A stretch of 64,000 nucleotides of DNA. It comes from an uncultured Actinomycetota bacterium (GTDB lineage Bacteria > Actinomycetota > Actinomycetes > Mycobacteriales > Nakamurellaceae). The position numbers were made by a program, and so were the translations under genes. This document shows positions 22,200 through 31,135 of the stretch, piece after piece. The notes under the pieces were generated by a model. The model did no database searches, was not told where the DNA came from, and worked only from the letters and a program-made list of their open reading frames with translations. Positions within the stretch are counted from its first letter, which is position 1. The number at the start of each line of letters is the position of its first letter. The DNA lies in assembly GCA_963798965.1 (NCBI GenBank), contig CAWCVW010000008.1, positions 890,430 to 954,429 on the forward strand, written 5' to 3'.

Positions 22200-23132
22200 A
22201 TGTCCACCCGTCCAACTCCGCCGACCGTCCGGCGCCCGGTGAGCATTCCTTCGCTGCACGAGATGAAGCGCGATGGGCTGCCGATCGTGATGGTCACCGC
22301 CTACGACTATCCGAGCGCTCGCGCTGCCGAGGCTGCGGACGTCGACATGGTGCTGGTCGGCGATTCCGGTGCGATGACCGTACTGGGCCACCCGAGCACG
22401 GTAGCGGTGACCACCGACGAGCTGCTGGTCTTGGCCAAGGCGGTGCGGCGCGGCGTGCAGCACGCGCTGATGGTCGCCGATCTTCCCTTCGGCTCGTACG
22501 AGGTCAGTGACGAGCAGGCCATCGCGACCGCCGTTCGCTTCGTCAAGGAGGCCGGCGCCGACGCGGTCAAGCTGGAACGTGGTGACCAGAGCGCGGTCAG
22601 CCGGGCACGGGCCATCGTCGGGGCCGGCATTCCGGTCGTCGGCCATGTCGGATTGACGCCGCAGTCGGCGACCTCGCTCGGCGGCTACCGGGCCCAAGGC
22701 CGCACGGCGGAGTCCGCGATGCGGATCACCCGCGGAGCACTGGGTCTGCAGGACGCTGGCTGCTTCTGCATCGTGTTCGAGGCCGTGCCCACCGCGGTGA
22801 CGGCGGACATCATGCCGCGCATGACGGTGCCGGTGATCGGCATCGGCGCCGGACCGGCCACCGATGGCCAGGTGTTGGTGTTCCATGACCTGCTGGGCAT
22901 CCGGGACGGCGCGGGGGCGAAGTTCGTCCGCCGGTACGCGGATCTGCAGGACGCGATGAATGAAGGGGTCGCGCGGTACGCCGAAGACGTCCGTAGCGGG
23001 TCGTTCCCGGGCGTCGAGCACGGCTACGGCATCGACCAGACCGAACTCGCCCGGTTCCGCGCGCTGCAGAATGGGCTGCCGGGTGGCGCCGTCACCACCA
23101 GCCCGCTGATCCGGCCCGCTCAGATCGGATGA
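22200..23132 (+). CDS. panB: 3-methyl-2-oxobutanoate hydroxymethyltransferase
   Basis: VTAYDY, LVGDS, ADLPFGSY, GHVGLTPQS, IGIGAG..DGQVLV. AAAGGAG RBS. Confidence 0.97.
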   Translation: MSTRPTPPTVRRPVSIPSLHEMKRDGLPIVMVTAYDYPSARAAEAADVDMVLVGDSGAMTVLGHPSTVAVTTDELLVLAKAVRRGVQHALMVADLPFGSYEVSDEQAIATAVRFVKEAGADAVKLERGDQSAVSRARAIVGAGIPVVGHVGLTPQSATSLGGYRAQGRTAESAMRITRGALGLQDAGCFCIVFEAVPTAVTADIMPRMTVPVIGIGAGPATDGQVLVFHDLLGIRDGAGAKFVRRYADLQDAMNEGVARYAEDVRSGSFPGVEHGYGIDQTELARFRALQNGLPGGAVTTSPLIRPAQIG

Positions 23133-24226
23133 CCGATCGGCCCGGCCCGCACAACAGTCTCACCGATGTGGCCGGGCTCGCCGTCGGGCACCACACCGTC
23201 ACAACTGCAGGATTCCTCACCGGTACGACAGTGGTGCTCGGACCCACCGGCGGGATGGTGGCCGGCGTCGATGTACGCGGCGGCGGTCCGGCCACCCACG
23301 AAACCGATCTGCTGAATCCGGCCGCTGCCGTCGAGCGGGTGCACGCCGTCGTGCTCAGCGGCGGGAGCGCGTTCGGCCTGGTGACCTGTGCCGGCGTGCT
23401 CAACGGACTGGCCGAGCGTGGCATCGGCCTGTCGGTGGCTCCCGATCCCGCGGCGGTCGTCCCGTTGGTCCCCGGGGCGGCCCTGTTCGACCTCGGTCGC
23501 GGCGGCGATTTTGCTTCGCGTCCGACAGCGGACTTCGGCACCGCAGCGCTGAAGGATGCCCTTGCCGATCGGGACAAGCCGGGTCCGGTGGCGCTGGGCG
23601 CCGTCGGCGCGGGCACCGGTGCGGTGATCGCAAACCTGAAGGGCGGCATCGGCAGTGCCTCGGTCATCCTCGAGTCGGGCATCACCGTGGCCGCTCTGGT
23701 GGCGGTCAACGCGGCTGGTTCACCCCTGGACCCCCGCAGCGGAGAGTTGCTGGGGGCCCGACTGCTGTTACCGCAGGACGGCGACGCACCTCGACCCGGC
23801 ACCGCCGCCCGCGATGCGCTGCTCGTGGCGACTGCGCCCAGACCCATTGCCATCGCATTCGGTCGGGACGGTGCCGCCGGTGCGGACGACGCCGCAGCGA
23901 TCAAGAACACCACCCTGGCCGTGGTCGCCACGGATGCCACGCTGACGAAAGCGCAGTGCACCAAGATGTCTCAGGTCGCGCAGGACGGTCTCGCCCGCGC
24001 GATCAACCCCGTGCACACGATGTTCGACGGGGACACGGTCTTCGGATTGGCGACAGGGACTGGACCCGCGCCCGATCCGATCGGTTTGTTCGGCATCGTT
24101 GCTGCCGCCGCCGATGTGGTCAGCAGGGCCATCGTTCGCGCGGTACTGGCCGCTCCCACCACGACCACCGACGCGGGCAGCTGGCCGTCGTTGCTCGACG
24201 TGATCGCCGGTAGCCTGCCGGAATGA
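23129..24226 (+). CDS. P1/S58 (DmpA-NylC) family Ntn hydrolase
   Basis: NSLTDVAGLAVGH, DVRGGGPATHET, SGGSAFGL, GAGTGA, KNTTL autoproteolysis site, HTMFDGDTVF. ATGA overlap with panB. Confidence 0.9.
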   Translation: MTDRPGPHNSLTDVAGLAVGHHTVTTAGFLTGTTVVLGPTGGMVAGVDVRGGGPATHETDLLNPAAAVERVHAVVLSGGSAFGLVTCAGVLNGLAERGIGLSVAPDPAAVVPLVPGAALFDLGRGGDFASRPTADFGTAALKDALADRDKPGPVALGAVGAGTGAVIANLKGGIGSASVILESGITVAALVAVNAAGSPLDPRSGELLGARLLLPQDGDAPRPGTAARDALLVATAPRPIAIAFGRDGAAGADDAAAIKNTTLAVVATDATLTKAQCTKMSQVAQDGLARAINPVHTMFDGDTVFGLATGTGPAPDPIGLFGIVAAAADVVSRAIVRAVLAAPTTTTDAGSWPSLLDVIAGSLPE

Positions 24227-24897
24227 TGTCCGGTTCGCCCGCAACCCCCAGCAGGTGGGCGCGTGGCGGACGTGGTTGGTTGACCACCGCTCGTTGGATC
24301 GCGGGAATCGGCTGGCTGCTCTGGATTGCGATGCAGGTGATCGCGAAAGATCCCTTTCCGCCCAAGATCTCGCTGTCGCAGTACGGACTGGGTGGGGCTG
24401 GTTTCGTCTTCACGCTGTGGGCCATCGGGCTCGGGGTGGTGCCGCTGTTGCTGCTGCGATACCGGCCTGTGGAGGGGCCCGCTCTGCCGGTGGCGTGGGT
24501 TGCCTTTATCGGCGCGCTGCTCACCGGACTGGTCAGGACCGACGAGGGCGGCCTGCAGCTGTCGTTGGCCGCCAAGGTGCACCAGGTCGTGGCTGTGGTC
24601 GCTCTGGTGATGTTGCCGCTGGCCGTGCTGTTCGCGATGATGACGGCGGATCGCCGGTGGTGGCGGTTGTCCGTAGGGATCTCCTTCACCACCGCCGGGG
24701 TCGGTGTGCTGGTGTTGCTGTCCGCGGCCGGGTTCGACACCGCCGGCCTCGGCGCCCCCGCATCCTGGGCGCTGTGGGAGGGCACGCTGGGCGTGCTGGA
24801 GATGCTGCTGGTCAGCGTGTATGCGGCCGCGGTGACGACCGTCGGTCGGCGGGTGGCTCGTCACGAGTCAGTTCCGCCGGTACAGTCGGCGGGCTAG
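24223..24897 (+). CDS. Integral membrane protein (DUF998-like)
   Basis: About 5 TM helices, ISLSQYG, KVHQ. ATGA overlap with the peptidase. Confidence 0.7.
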   Translation: MMSGSPATPSRWARGGRGWLTTARWIAGIGWLLWIAMQVIAKDPFPPKISLSQYGLGGAGFVFTLWAIGLGVVPLLLLRYRPVEGPALPVAWVAFIGALLTGLVRTDEGGLQLSLAAKVHQVVAVVALVMLPLAVLFAMMTADRRWWRLSVGISFTTAGVGVLVLLSAAGFDTAGLGAPASWALWEGTLGVLEMLLVSVYAAAVTTVGRRVARHESVPPVQSAG

Positions 24898-25033
24898 TGA
24901 GCACTACGACCGTTTAAGCACCGGCGCTTTCGGACACCTACCCAGCGGCTCGCTCCTGTCCGCCCGCAATGCGCTGCCGATGACCCCGACGGTCGGGGCG
25001 ACCGGTCCAGCACGCGTTCAACCCGAGGAACTG

Positions 25034-26353
25034 ATGATGACCAGCCCATCGAACAACCCTGTTGGCACGTCGACTGCTCGTCGGCGCCCGCACGTCGTCA
25101 TCATCGGCGGCGGTTTCGGCGGGTTGACCACCATCAAGGCTCTGGCGAAGTCGGACGTCGACATCACGCTGATCGACCGGCACACCTACAACGCCTTCCA
25201 GCCGTTGCTGTACCAGGTGGCCACCGCCGGGCTCAATCCGGGCGACGTGACGTTCTTCCTGCGGGCCACCAGGATGCGGCAGAAGAACGTCAGCTTCCGC
25301 CAGGGCGAGGTCACCGGCGTCGACACGGAGCAGCAGCTGATCACGTTCCACGACGGCGGAACGATGGAGTACGACTACCTGGTCATCGCCACCGGCGCCA
25401 CCACGAACTACTTCGGCACGAAGGGCGCGGAGGAGAACTCCAGGGCCATCTATACCCGCAAGCAGGCTCTCAAGTTGCGGGACGAGATCTTCACCAACCT
25501 CGAGCATGCGGCCGCATCGAACACGGGTCGGGACCTGGCCATCGTCGTCGTGGGCGCCGGCCCGACCGGCGTCGAGATGGCAGGCGCGCTGGCCGAATTG
25601 CGCAACGACGCGATGGCATCGATTTATCCGGAGCTCGATCCCAGGCGGACGCACATCGTGCTGGTCGAGATGGCCGACAAGGTGCTGGCACCGTTCGCCC
25701 CGTCGCTGCGGGAGTTCGCCGCGAAGGCGCTACGCGAGCGAGGTGTCGAGCTGCGGCTGAACACCTCGGTCCAGGAGGTTCGCCCGGACGGTGTGGTCCT
25801 CGGCGGCGGGGAGTTCCTCGAGGCCGGCGTCGTCATCTGGGCGACCGGCGTCGCGGTGCCCAAGGTGGTTGGCTCCTGGGGCCTTCCGCAAGGACGCGGC
25901 GGCCGCATCGAGGTCGAGTCGGACCTGCGGGTCAAGGGCTTCAACAACATCTTCGCGATCGGCGACGTCGCTCTGCTGCCCGATCCACTGCCACAACTCG
26001 CACAGCCGGCGCTGCAAGGCGGCAAGCATGCAGGCAAGCAGATCGCCGCGCTGGTCACGGGACGACCGACCCACCCGTTCCACTACCACGACAAGGGAAC
26101 GATGGCGACGGTCGGCCGGCGCGCGGCCATCGCCGACGTCGCCCTGGCCAAGGGCAAGTCCATCCGGTTGACCGGCACCCTCGCCTGGCTCGCCTGGCTG
26201 TTCGTGCACATCGTGATGCTGCTCGGTAACCGCAACCGGCTCGCCACGCTGGTCAACCTGTCGACGAAGTACTTGGCGCCCTCGCGCCGGACCAACCCGA
26301 TCGTCGGAGACGTCCCGGTGTTCGAGCACCAGATCCCCGAGTACGAAGGCTGA
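25034..26353 (+). CDS. ndh: Type II NADH dehydrogenase
   Basis: IIGGGFGG, FQPLLYQVATAGL, VVGAGPTGVEMAG, AIGD, QLAQPALQ, KGTMATVG. Confidence 0.9.
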   Translation: MMTSPSNNPVGTSTARRRPHVVIIGGGFGGLTTIKALAKSDVDITLIDRHTYNAFQPLLYQVATAGLNPGDVTFFLRATRMRQKNVSFRQGEVTGVDTEQQLITFHDGGTMEYDYLVIATGATTNYFGTKGAEENSRAIYTRKQALKLRDEIFTNLEHAAASNTGRDLAIVVVGAGPTGVEMAGALAELRNDAMASIYPELDPRRTHIVLVEMADKVLAPFAPSLREFAAKALRERGVELRLNTSVQEVRPDGVVLGGGEFLEAGVVIWATGVAVPKVVGSWGLPQGRGGRIEVESDLRVKGFNNIFAIGDVALLPDPLPQLAQPALQGGKHAGKQIAALVTGRPTHPFHYHDKGTMATVGRRAAIADVALAKGKSIRLTGTLAWLAWLFVHIVMLLGNRNRLATLVNLSTKYLAPSRRTNPIVGDVPVFEHQIPEYEG

Positions 26354-26503
26354 CCGAATCGCCGTGTGGATCCGGCGGTGGGGACGCCGGATCGCCGCCG
26401 GATCCCACGCGGTCGCGGCGGGCGCTGCCGTGCTGCAGGCTTTCCTGACGGGACGGCCACCGGCCCGGCGGAGCAAGGTCGGACGGGCAGAGAAGGGGGT
26501 GGT

Positions 26504-27136
26504 GTGGACGTGACCGCGGTGGATTGGTTGACGCCCGATGAGTCGCGGGCCTGGCGTGCCCTGCAGCGGTTGCACACACCGCTGGCGGCGGCGCTCAACC
26601 GGCAGCTGCTGCGCGACTCCGCGCTCTCCAGCGCCGATTACGAGGTGCTCGTCGTGCTGTCGGAGACCCCTGAGGGTGTGCTCCGGGCCGGCGAGCTTGG
26701 CCGGGCGACCGGCTGGGAGAAGAGCAGGCTCTCCCACCATCTCAAGCGGATGGAGGCCAGGGGACTGGTCGAACGCCGCGACTGCGTGACCGATGGCCGG
26801 GGGTTGATGGTCGCCGTCACCGAGGTCGGCCGGACGGCGATCGCGGAGGCGGCCCCAGGTCATGTCGCGGCGGTCCGCGAGTACGTCATCGACGTTCTGA
26901 CGCGCGAGCAGCTGCGGGTGCTGGCAGAGATCGGCGAGGCAGTCGGTGCGCGACTGACGGCCGAGAACTGCCGGGCTGCCGCCGAGGGTTGCACAGGCGA
27001 CAGCGAGGGCCTGGCCGCGATTCGTGACGCGGGCGATGAGGTCGATGAGGTCGATGGTTGTGCAGCTGCCGACGATGACGTCGCGCGGACGGCCGTCAAG
27101 ACAGTGCCCACAGTCGAGCGCCTCCCGGCTCGATGA
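26504..27136 (+). CDS. MarR family transcriptional regulator with acidic C-terminal tail
   Basis: LSSADYEVL..LSE, WEKSRLSHHLKRMEARGLVER, DGRG, AAPGHVAAVR. Confidence 0.88.
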   Translation: MDVTAVDWLTPDESRAWRALQRLHTPLAAALNRQLLRDSALSSADYEVLVVLSETPEGVLRAGELGRATGWEKSRLSHHLKRMEARGLVERRDCVTDGRGLMVAVTEVGRTAIAEAAPGHVAAVREYVIDVLTREQLRVLAEIGEAVGARLTAENCRAAAEGCTGDSEGLAAIRDAGDEVDEVDGCAAADDDVARTAVKTVPTVERLPAR

Positions 27137-27990
27137 CCGATTCTGACCCGACGAACGGAGGGCCCGGTACGGGTGGATCCGTGGAGCGCCCGGTCGAGCC
27201 CGAGGCCATCGAAGAGACGTCCGAGCAACGTGGCACCGCGCCGGAGGCGAAGCCGGCAGGCGACGGGTCGTCACCAGGAGACCGAGCCGGCCTCGGCATC
27301 GCTCGACAACGCGGCCGGAGCATTGATCTGGTCAAGTCTCAACCTGCACTTGACGGTGATACTGAGTCCCTGGAGTCATCGGTCGAGCCGGTCTCCCGCA
27401 CGCGGCGGGTGCTGGCGGCAGGCGCCACGGCGCGCGACCGCGGTCTGCAGCAGCTCGTTGCGCTGCTCGTGCCGCTGATCCGCGCCACCCGGTATCCGAC
27501 GCTCGCGGTGGTCCTCATCGCGGCGGTGCCGGCACTTGCCGCCGTGGTGATCTCGCAATTGCGCCGGGGGCCCGACGATCCGTTCTGGCTGTTGCTGGGC
27601 GGTATCGGATTGGTGCTGTCCGGATGGTTGGCCCTTCGCCGCCGGCAGTTGCTCGCGGTGGCGAAGGACCCGGCCGCCCTGACCGATGCCCTGGCCGGCG
27701 TCATCACCGGGCGGGAGATGTGGGACCAGTTGGTGCGCAACGCCTCTGCCGGCAAGATCGGCGCCAGGGTGGTCCGCCGCTCGCGCCCTCTACGCATCCT
27801 CGGAGGGCTCTGGCGAGGGGTGCAGATGACCGGCGTGCTCGCCCAGATCACCGACCGGCCCGAGCTGCAACCGCTGTTGCCGGGCCGGTTGCGCGGGATC
27901 TGGTTCCTGGGTATCGCCTGCCTCGTCTCGGGTGTGGTGCTGACGGCGGCCGTGCTGGTCGAGGTCCTGCTCTACCTGCTCGGTGCGTGA
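27133..27990 (+). CDS. Hypothetical membrane protein
   Basis: 285-aa ORF with 3 hydrophobic segments; ATGA overlap with marR. Confidence 0.7.
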   Translation: MTDSDPTNGGPGTGGSVERPVEPEAIEETSEQRGTAPEAKPAGDGSSPGDRAGLGIARQRGRSIDLVKSQPALDGDTESLESSVEPVSRTRRVLAAGATARDRGLQQLVALLVPLIRATRYPTLAVVLIAAVPALAAVVISQLRRGPDDPFWLLLGGIGLVLSGWLALRRRQLLAVAKDPAALTDALAGVITGREMWDQLVRNASAGKIGARVVRRSRPLRILGGLWRGVQMTGVLAQITDRPELQPLLPGRLRGIWFLGIACLVSGVVLTAAVLVEVLLYLLGA

Positions 27991-28140
27991 GCGCCGGGTG
28001 CCGGGGAACTTTGGGCGGGTCAACGCGGCGACTACGGTTGACCGGAGCGGGCGGCACCAGATGGTCGTCCGCACCGATGGACGAGCGATGGCCGTGAGGG
28101 CGAACAGCGGAACGCCAAGACGGCGTCACAGGAGGCATAG

Positions 28141-28566
28141 ATGAGCCAGATCGACGAAACACAACCAGGGTCCGACGTCGACGACCGCTCGACCGACCAC
28201 GACGTGATCAGTGAGGGTGACGCCGGCAGCGGTCAAGACGACTGGCTGGACACGGGTTACAACCCGCCGGACCGTGAACCGCGGGTGCACGTGCCAACTG
28301 AGGACGAGGAAGAGCGCGGTGAGAGCCTGGACACCCTTCTCTCGGCCGAGGAGCCGGAGGTCTGGGTCGAGGACGAGAACAACTTGTTCGACGAGTCCGG
28401 CAACGAGGTCGGCGGTGATCGCTCCGGCCGCCTGGTCGATGCCGGGTCGGACGGCATCGCCGATACCGAGTCGGACCTCGTCGCCGAGGATGTCGGTATC
28501 GACGGAGCAGCCGCCAGCAGTGAAGAGGCGGCCATGCACGTCATCGACGAGTACGACCAGCGCTGA
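28141..28566 (+). CDS. DUF5709 family acidic protein
   Basis: LDTGYNPPDR, ESLDTLLSAEEPE, RSGRLV...DLVAEDVGIDG.AASSEEAAMHVI. AGGAGG RBS. Confidence 0.85.
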   Translation: MSQIDETQPGSDVDDRSTDHDVISEGDAGSGQDDWLDTGYNPPDREPRVHVPTEDEEERGESLDTLLSAEEPEVWVEDENNLFDESGNEVGGDRSGRLVDAGSDGIADTESDLVAEDVGIDGAAASSEEAAMHVIDEYDQR

Positions 28567-29050
28567 CCCTGCCCGTGGCGACAAGGCAAGGTCGCCGTTC
28601 CTGCCCGGGGGACAGGGCCCTGAGGTGATCCGTCGTCCCGGACCGATGGCGGGCTGACGCTGCGGACAGGCTGGCACATGCTGTGGCCGAGCCGCCGGCA
28701 CTGGGGCTGATTCGTGCGTTTTCGGCTGACGCCCGGGCTCTGACGGCTGCGTTGGCTCGTCCAGGGACCGAGCCATGGATATGGCGGCACAGTGCCCTCG
28801 CAGCTGACCGCTGAGCCATGTCTTGGTGACTGGCCCTTGCGCTCACAGGCGTGTCTGCCGGCTTCGGCGCGGCGACGAAGCAGACCTCGCGCCGCCGTTT
28901 TGACCAAAGGCGTGACCTGGCACGGCATGTCACGCAAGCGACCGATTCTTGTCCGGTTCATCGCGCACACCCGGCCACAGTCACGGATCGCGGCGGACAG
29001 GCCCTCGCCCGCCTCGCTGTCAGCCTTCCTCCGCTTCCGGCTGAAAATCG

Positions 29051-29079
29051 TTGCGATCGGTCTGCCTGGCCAGTACTTT
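29051..29079 (+). promoter_or_regulatory. Housekeeping-sigma-type promoter TTGCGA-N17-TACTTT
   Basis: -35 at 29051-29056, -10 at 29074-29079, exact 17-nt spacer. Confidence 0.65.
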
Positions 29080-29085
29080 CGGCGG

Positions 29086-29346
29086 TACACGAGGAAGGAG
29101 GTGGTCCCACGTTGAAGACGTTCAGGACACGTGAGGTGGCTGGCCGCTAGGCCGCCGCTCCCCGTCGGACCAGATCCGGTTCTCCGAACGAATCGGATAC
29201 CGCGCCCACCACCGATTCCGCCTCGAGCGGCGACATCGATGTCAGGGACGGCGGTCTGGCACAACCGGACAGTCACCCGACCCCCGGGCGGCCGACAATT
29301 GTCCAGTCGGCCCTGCTGAGCACATCAGCAGAGCAGCCCGGGGGTT
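29086..29346 (+). ncRNA. Candidate structured RNA carrying the micro-ORF
   Basis: Stems 29174-82/29190-98, 29279-89/29336-46 enclosing hairpins 29290-29312 and 29313-29331. No long ORF on the sense strand. Confidence 0.5.
29112..29150 (+). CDS. Candidate 12-aa micropeptide MKTFRTREVAGR
   Basis: AAGGAGGT at 29095-29102, 9 nt before TTG 29112; directly downstream of the promoter. Confidence 0.5.
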   Translation: MKTFRTREVAGR

Positions 29347-29371
29347 GTCCGTGCCCACGGCAGCCGCCCGA

Positions 29372-30799
29372 TCAGAGCCCGTGCTCGACCGGCACCGCCC
29401 CCCGCTTGGCCGCGTCCACCAGCGCGCTGTGATCGGCCTCGGTCTGGTCGGCGTACAAGCGGGCAAACGCAGCCATCGCCAAGTCGACCTTGTCCGATTT
29501 GCCCATGTAGCCGGCGATCATCGACGCGCCGCTCGTCCGGGCATGGCCCTTGGCCAGCAGGTGCCCGACGATGCCCGCGTAGTCGGCCAGCGCGGAACCG
29601 TCGATCGAGTCCAACGCGACGCTGCCCTTCATGTTGCGGAACTGCCGAACGTAGTACTGCCGGCCGTCGGCGCTGGTCCAGCCCAGCAGGGGATCGCTGA
29701 CCGTCTGCAACGCCTGCTGGTACTCCACCACCCGCTGGCCCTGGTGCGCGTGCCACGCCGATTCACCGTGCACGTACTTGGCCAGTACAGACCGCCGCGC
29801 CTGTTTGAGCTGCAGGAACACCACGTCATCCGGGCTGCTTCCCTCCAACAGCGCCACATAGGCCCGCAGCCCGACGCTGCCCACCCCGACGACCTTGTGC
29901 GCGATGTCGACGATGGTGTAGCCGCCGAGCGCGCGGCGCCAGTGCGGCGCCAAGGTGTCCAGGTAGCTGTCCAGAGCCTGCGCGAGCATGTCGGCATCCG
30001 CCGGACTGACCCTCGTGATCAGCGGCGGCTCCTCCACGATGTGCCGGCGGCCGTGGTCTTCCCGGGTGAAGCGGGGCAGTGCGCGGTCACTGGTCCTGGT
30101 CCTGGCCTGCCGGGCTGCTCGCTTGATCTCGGCGCGCAACGACCGGTGCGAGGTCGTGTCCCGCAACTCGTCGACGTCGACCCGTTGGTAGGACCTGGCC
30201 AGCAGCGGCATCTCGGACAGCTCGCGCACCTCGGTGCGGTAGGCGGCGACGCACTGCACGACCGCCGACTCGAGGTCGTCCTCGGTGGCACCGTTCTGCC
30301 GCCCGGCCACCCAGATGCTCGCGACCAGGCGCCGCAGGTCCCATTCCCAGCCGCCCGGGTGGGCCTCGTCGAAGTCGTTGAGGTCGATGACCAGATCGCG
30401 CTCGGGCGAGGCGTAGAAGCCGAAGTTGCCCAGATGTGAGTCACCGCAGATCACCGGGGTGATGCCGGTGGACGGAAGCCCGGCGACATCCTCGGCCATC
30501 ACGACCGCGGTTCCGCGCAGGAATCCGTAGGGAGTCGCCGTCATCCGGCCGACCCGCAGCGGGATGAGCCAGTCCAGCCGTCCCTCGTGCGATTCGTTGA
30601 TCAACTGCACCGGGTCGGGGCGATCGGCGGGCGGCGACCATTCACCCAACGAGCGGCGGGGCACCTTGCCGCGCAACGCTTTCCCCATCCGGTGTCGGTC
30701 CGAACGGGCCGTGGGACGACGCCGCAGCGACGCGAACGCCTGACTGTCGGCGGACGCCAGGACGACGTGGGAATGCGCTGACGCAACCGGATCGGCCAT
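29372..30799 (-). CDS. DUF2252 family protein
   Basis: RMTATPYGFLRG, CGDSHLGNFG, DLNDFDEA, KVVGVGSVG, FLQLKQA, YYVRQFRNMKGS. Confidence 0.92.
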   Translation of the reverse strand: MADPVASAHSHVVLASADSQAFASLRRRPTARSDRHRMGKALRGKVPRRSLGEWSPPADRPDPVQLINESHEGRLDWLIPLRVGRMTATPYGFLRGTAVVMAEDVAGLPSTGITPVICGDSHLGNFGFYASPERDLVIDLNDFDEAHPGGWEWDLRRLVASIWVAGRQNGATEDDLESAVVQCVAAYRTEVRELSEMPLLARSYQRVDVDELRDTTSHRSLRAEIKRAARQARTRTSDRALPRFTREDHGRRHIVEEPPLITRVSPADADMLAQALDSYLDTLAPHWRRALGGYTIVDIAHKVVGVGSVGLRAYVALLEGSSPDDVVFLQLKQARRSVLAKYVHGESAWHAHQGQRVVEYQQALQTVSDPLLGWTSADGRQYYVRQFRNMKGSVALDSIDGSALADYAGIVGHLLAKGHARTSGASMIAGYMGKSDKVDLAMAAFARLYADQTEADHSALVDAAKRGAVPVEHGL

Positions 30800-30978
30800 G
30801 CATAGCTCCTTCAGTGCAGCAGCGGGATCCGGGTGTGACGAGCCGCAACAGCCTGCAGCAACACCGACTCAACTGCAGCGATGCCATCGGGCCTTGCTTC
30901 CGGACGCGCTTACGCTAGCGCGTCGAGCTGAAGAGGTCGCGCGCCTCCGCCGGGGGCCTCCTGCGATCCCGCAGCCAA

Positions 30979-31038
30979 CGTCGAACCCGCGGCCACCTGC
31001 CAACACGATGCACAGCACTCTCGGGACTCGCGTCGGGA
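30979..31038 (-). pseudogene. Possible N-terminal remnant of a GlgC-like nucleotidyltransferase
   Basis: Reads LPTRVPRVLCIVLAGGRG, then loses similarity. Confidence 0.35.
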
Positions 31039-31135
31039 GCCTTGATCGTCTGGACGGCCGGCGACGATCCCACATCGCTGTCACGGCAGAGGGTATCGGC
31101 GTCAGCGAATCGCTCGGTCGGTACGAGAGGGATGA

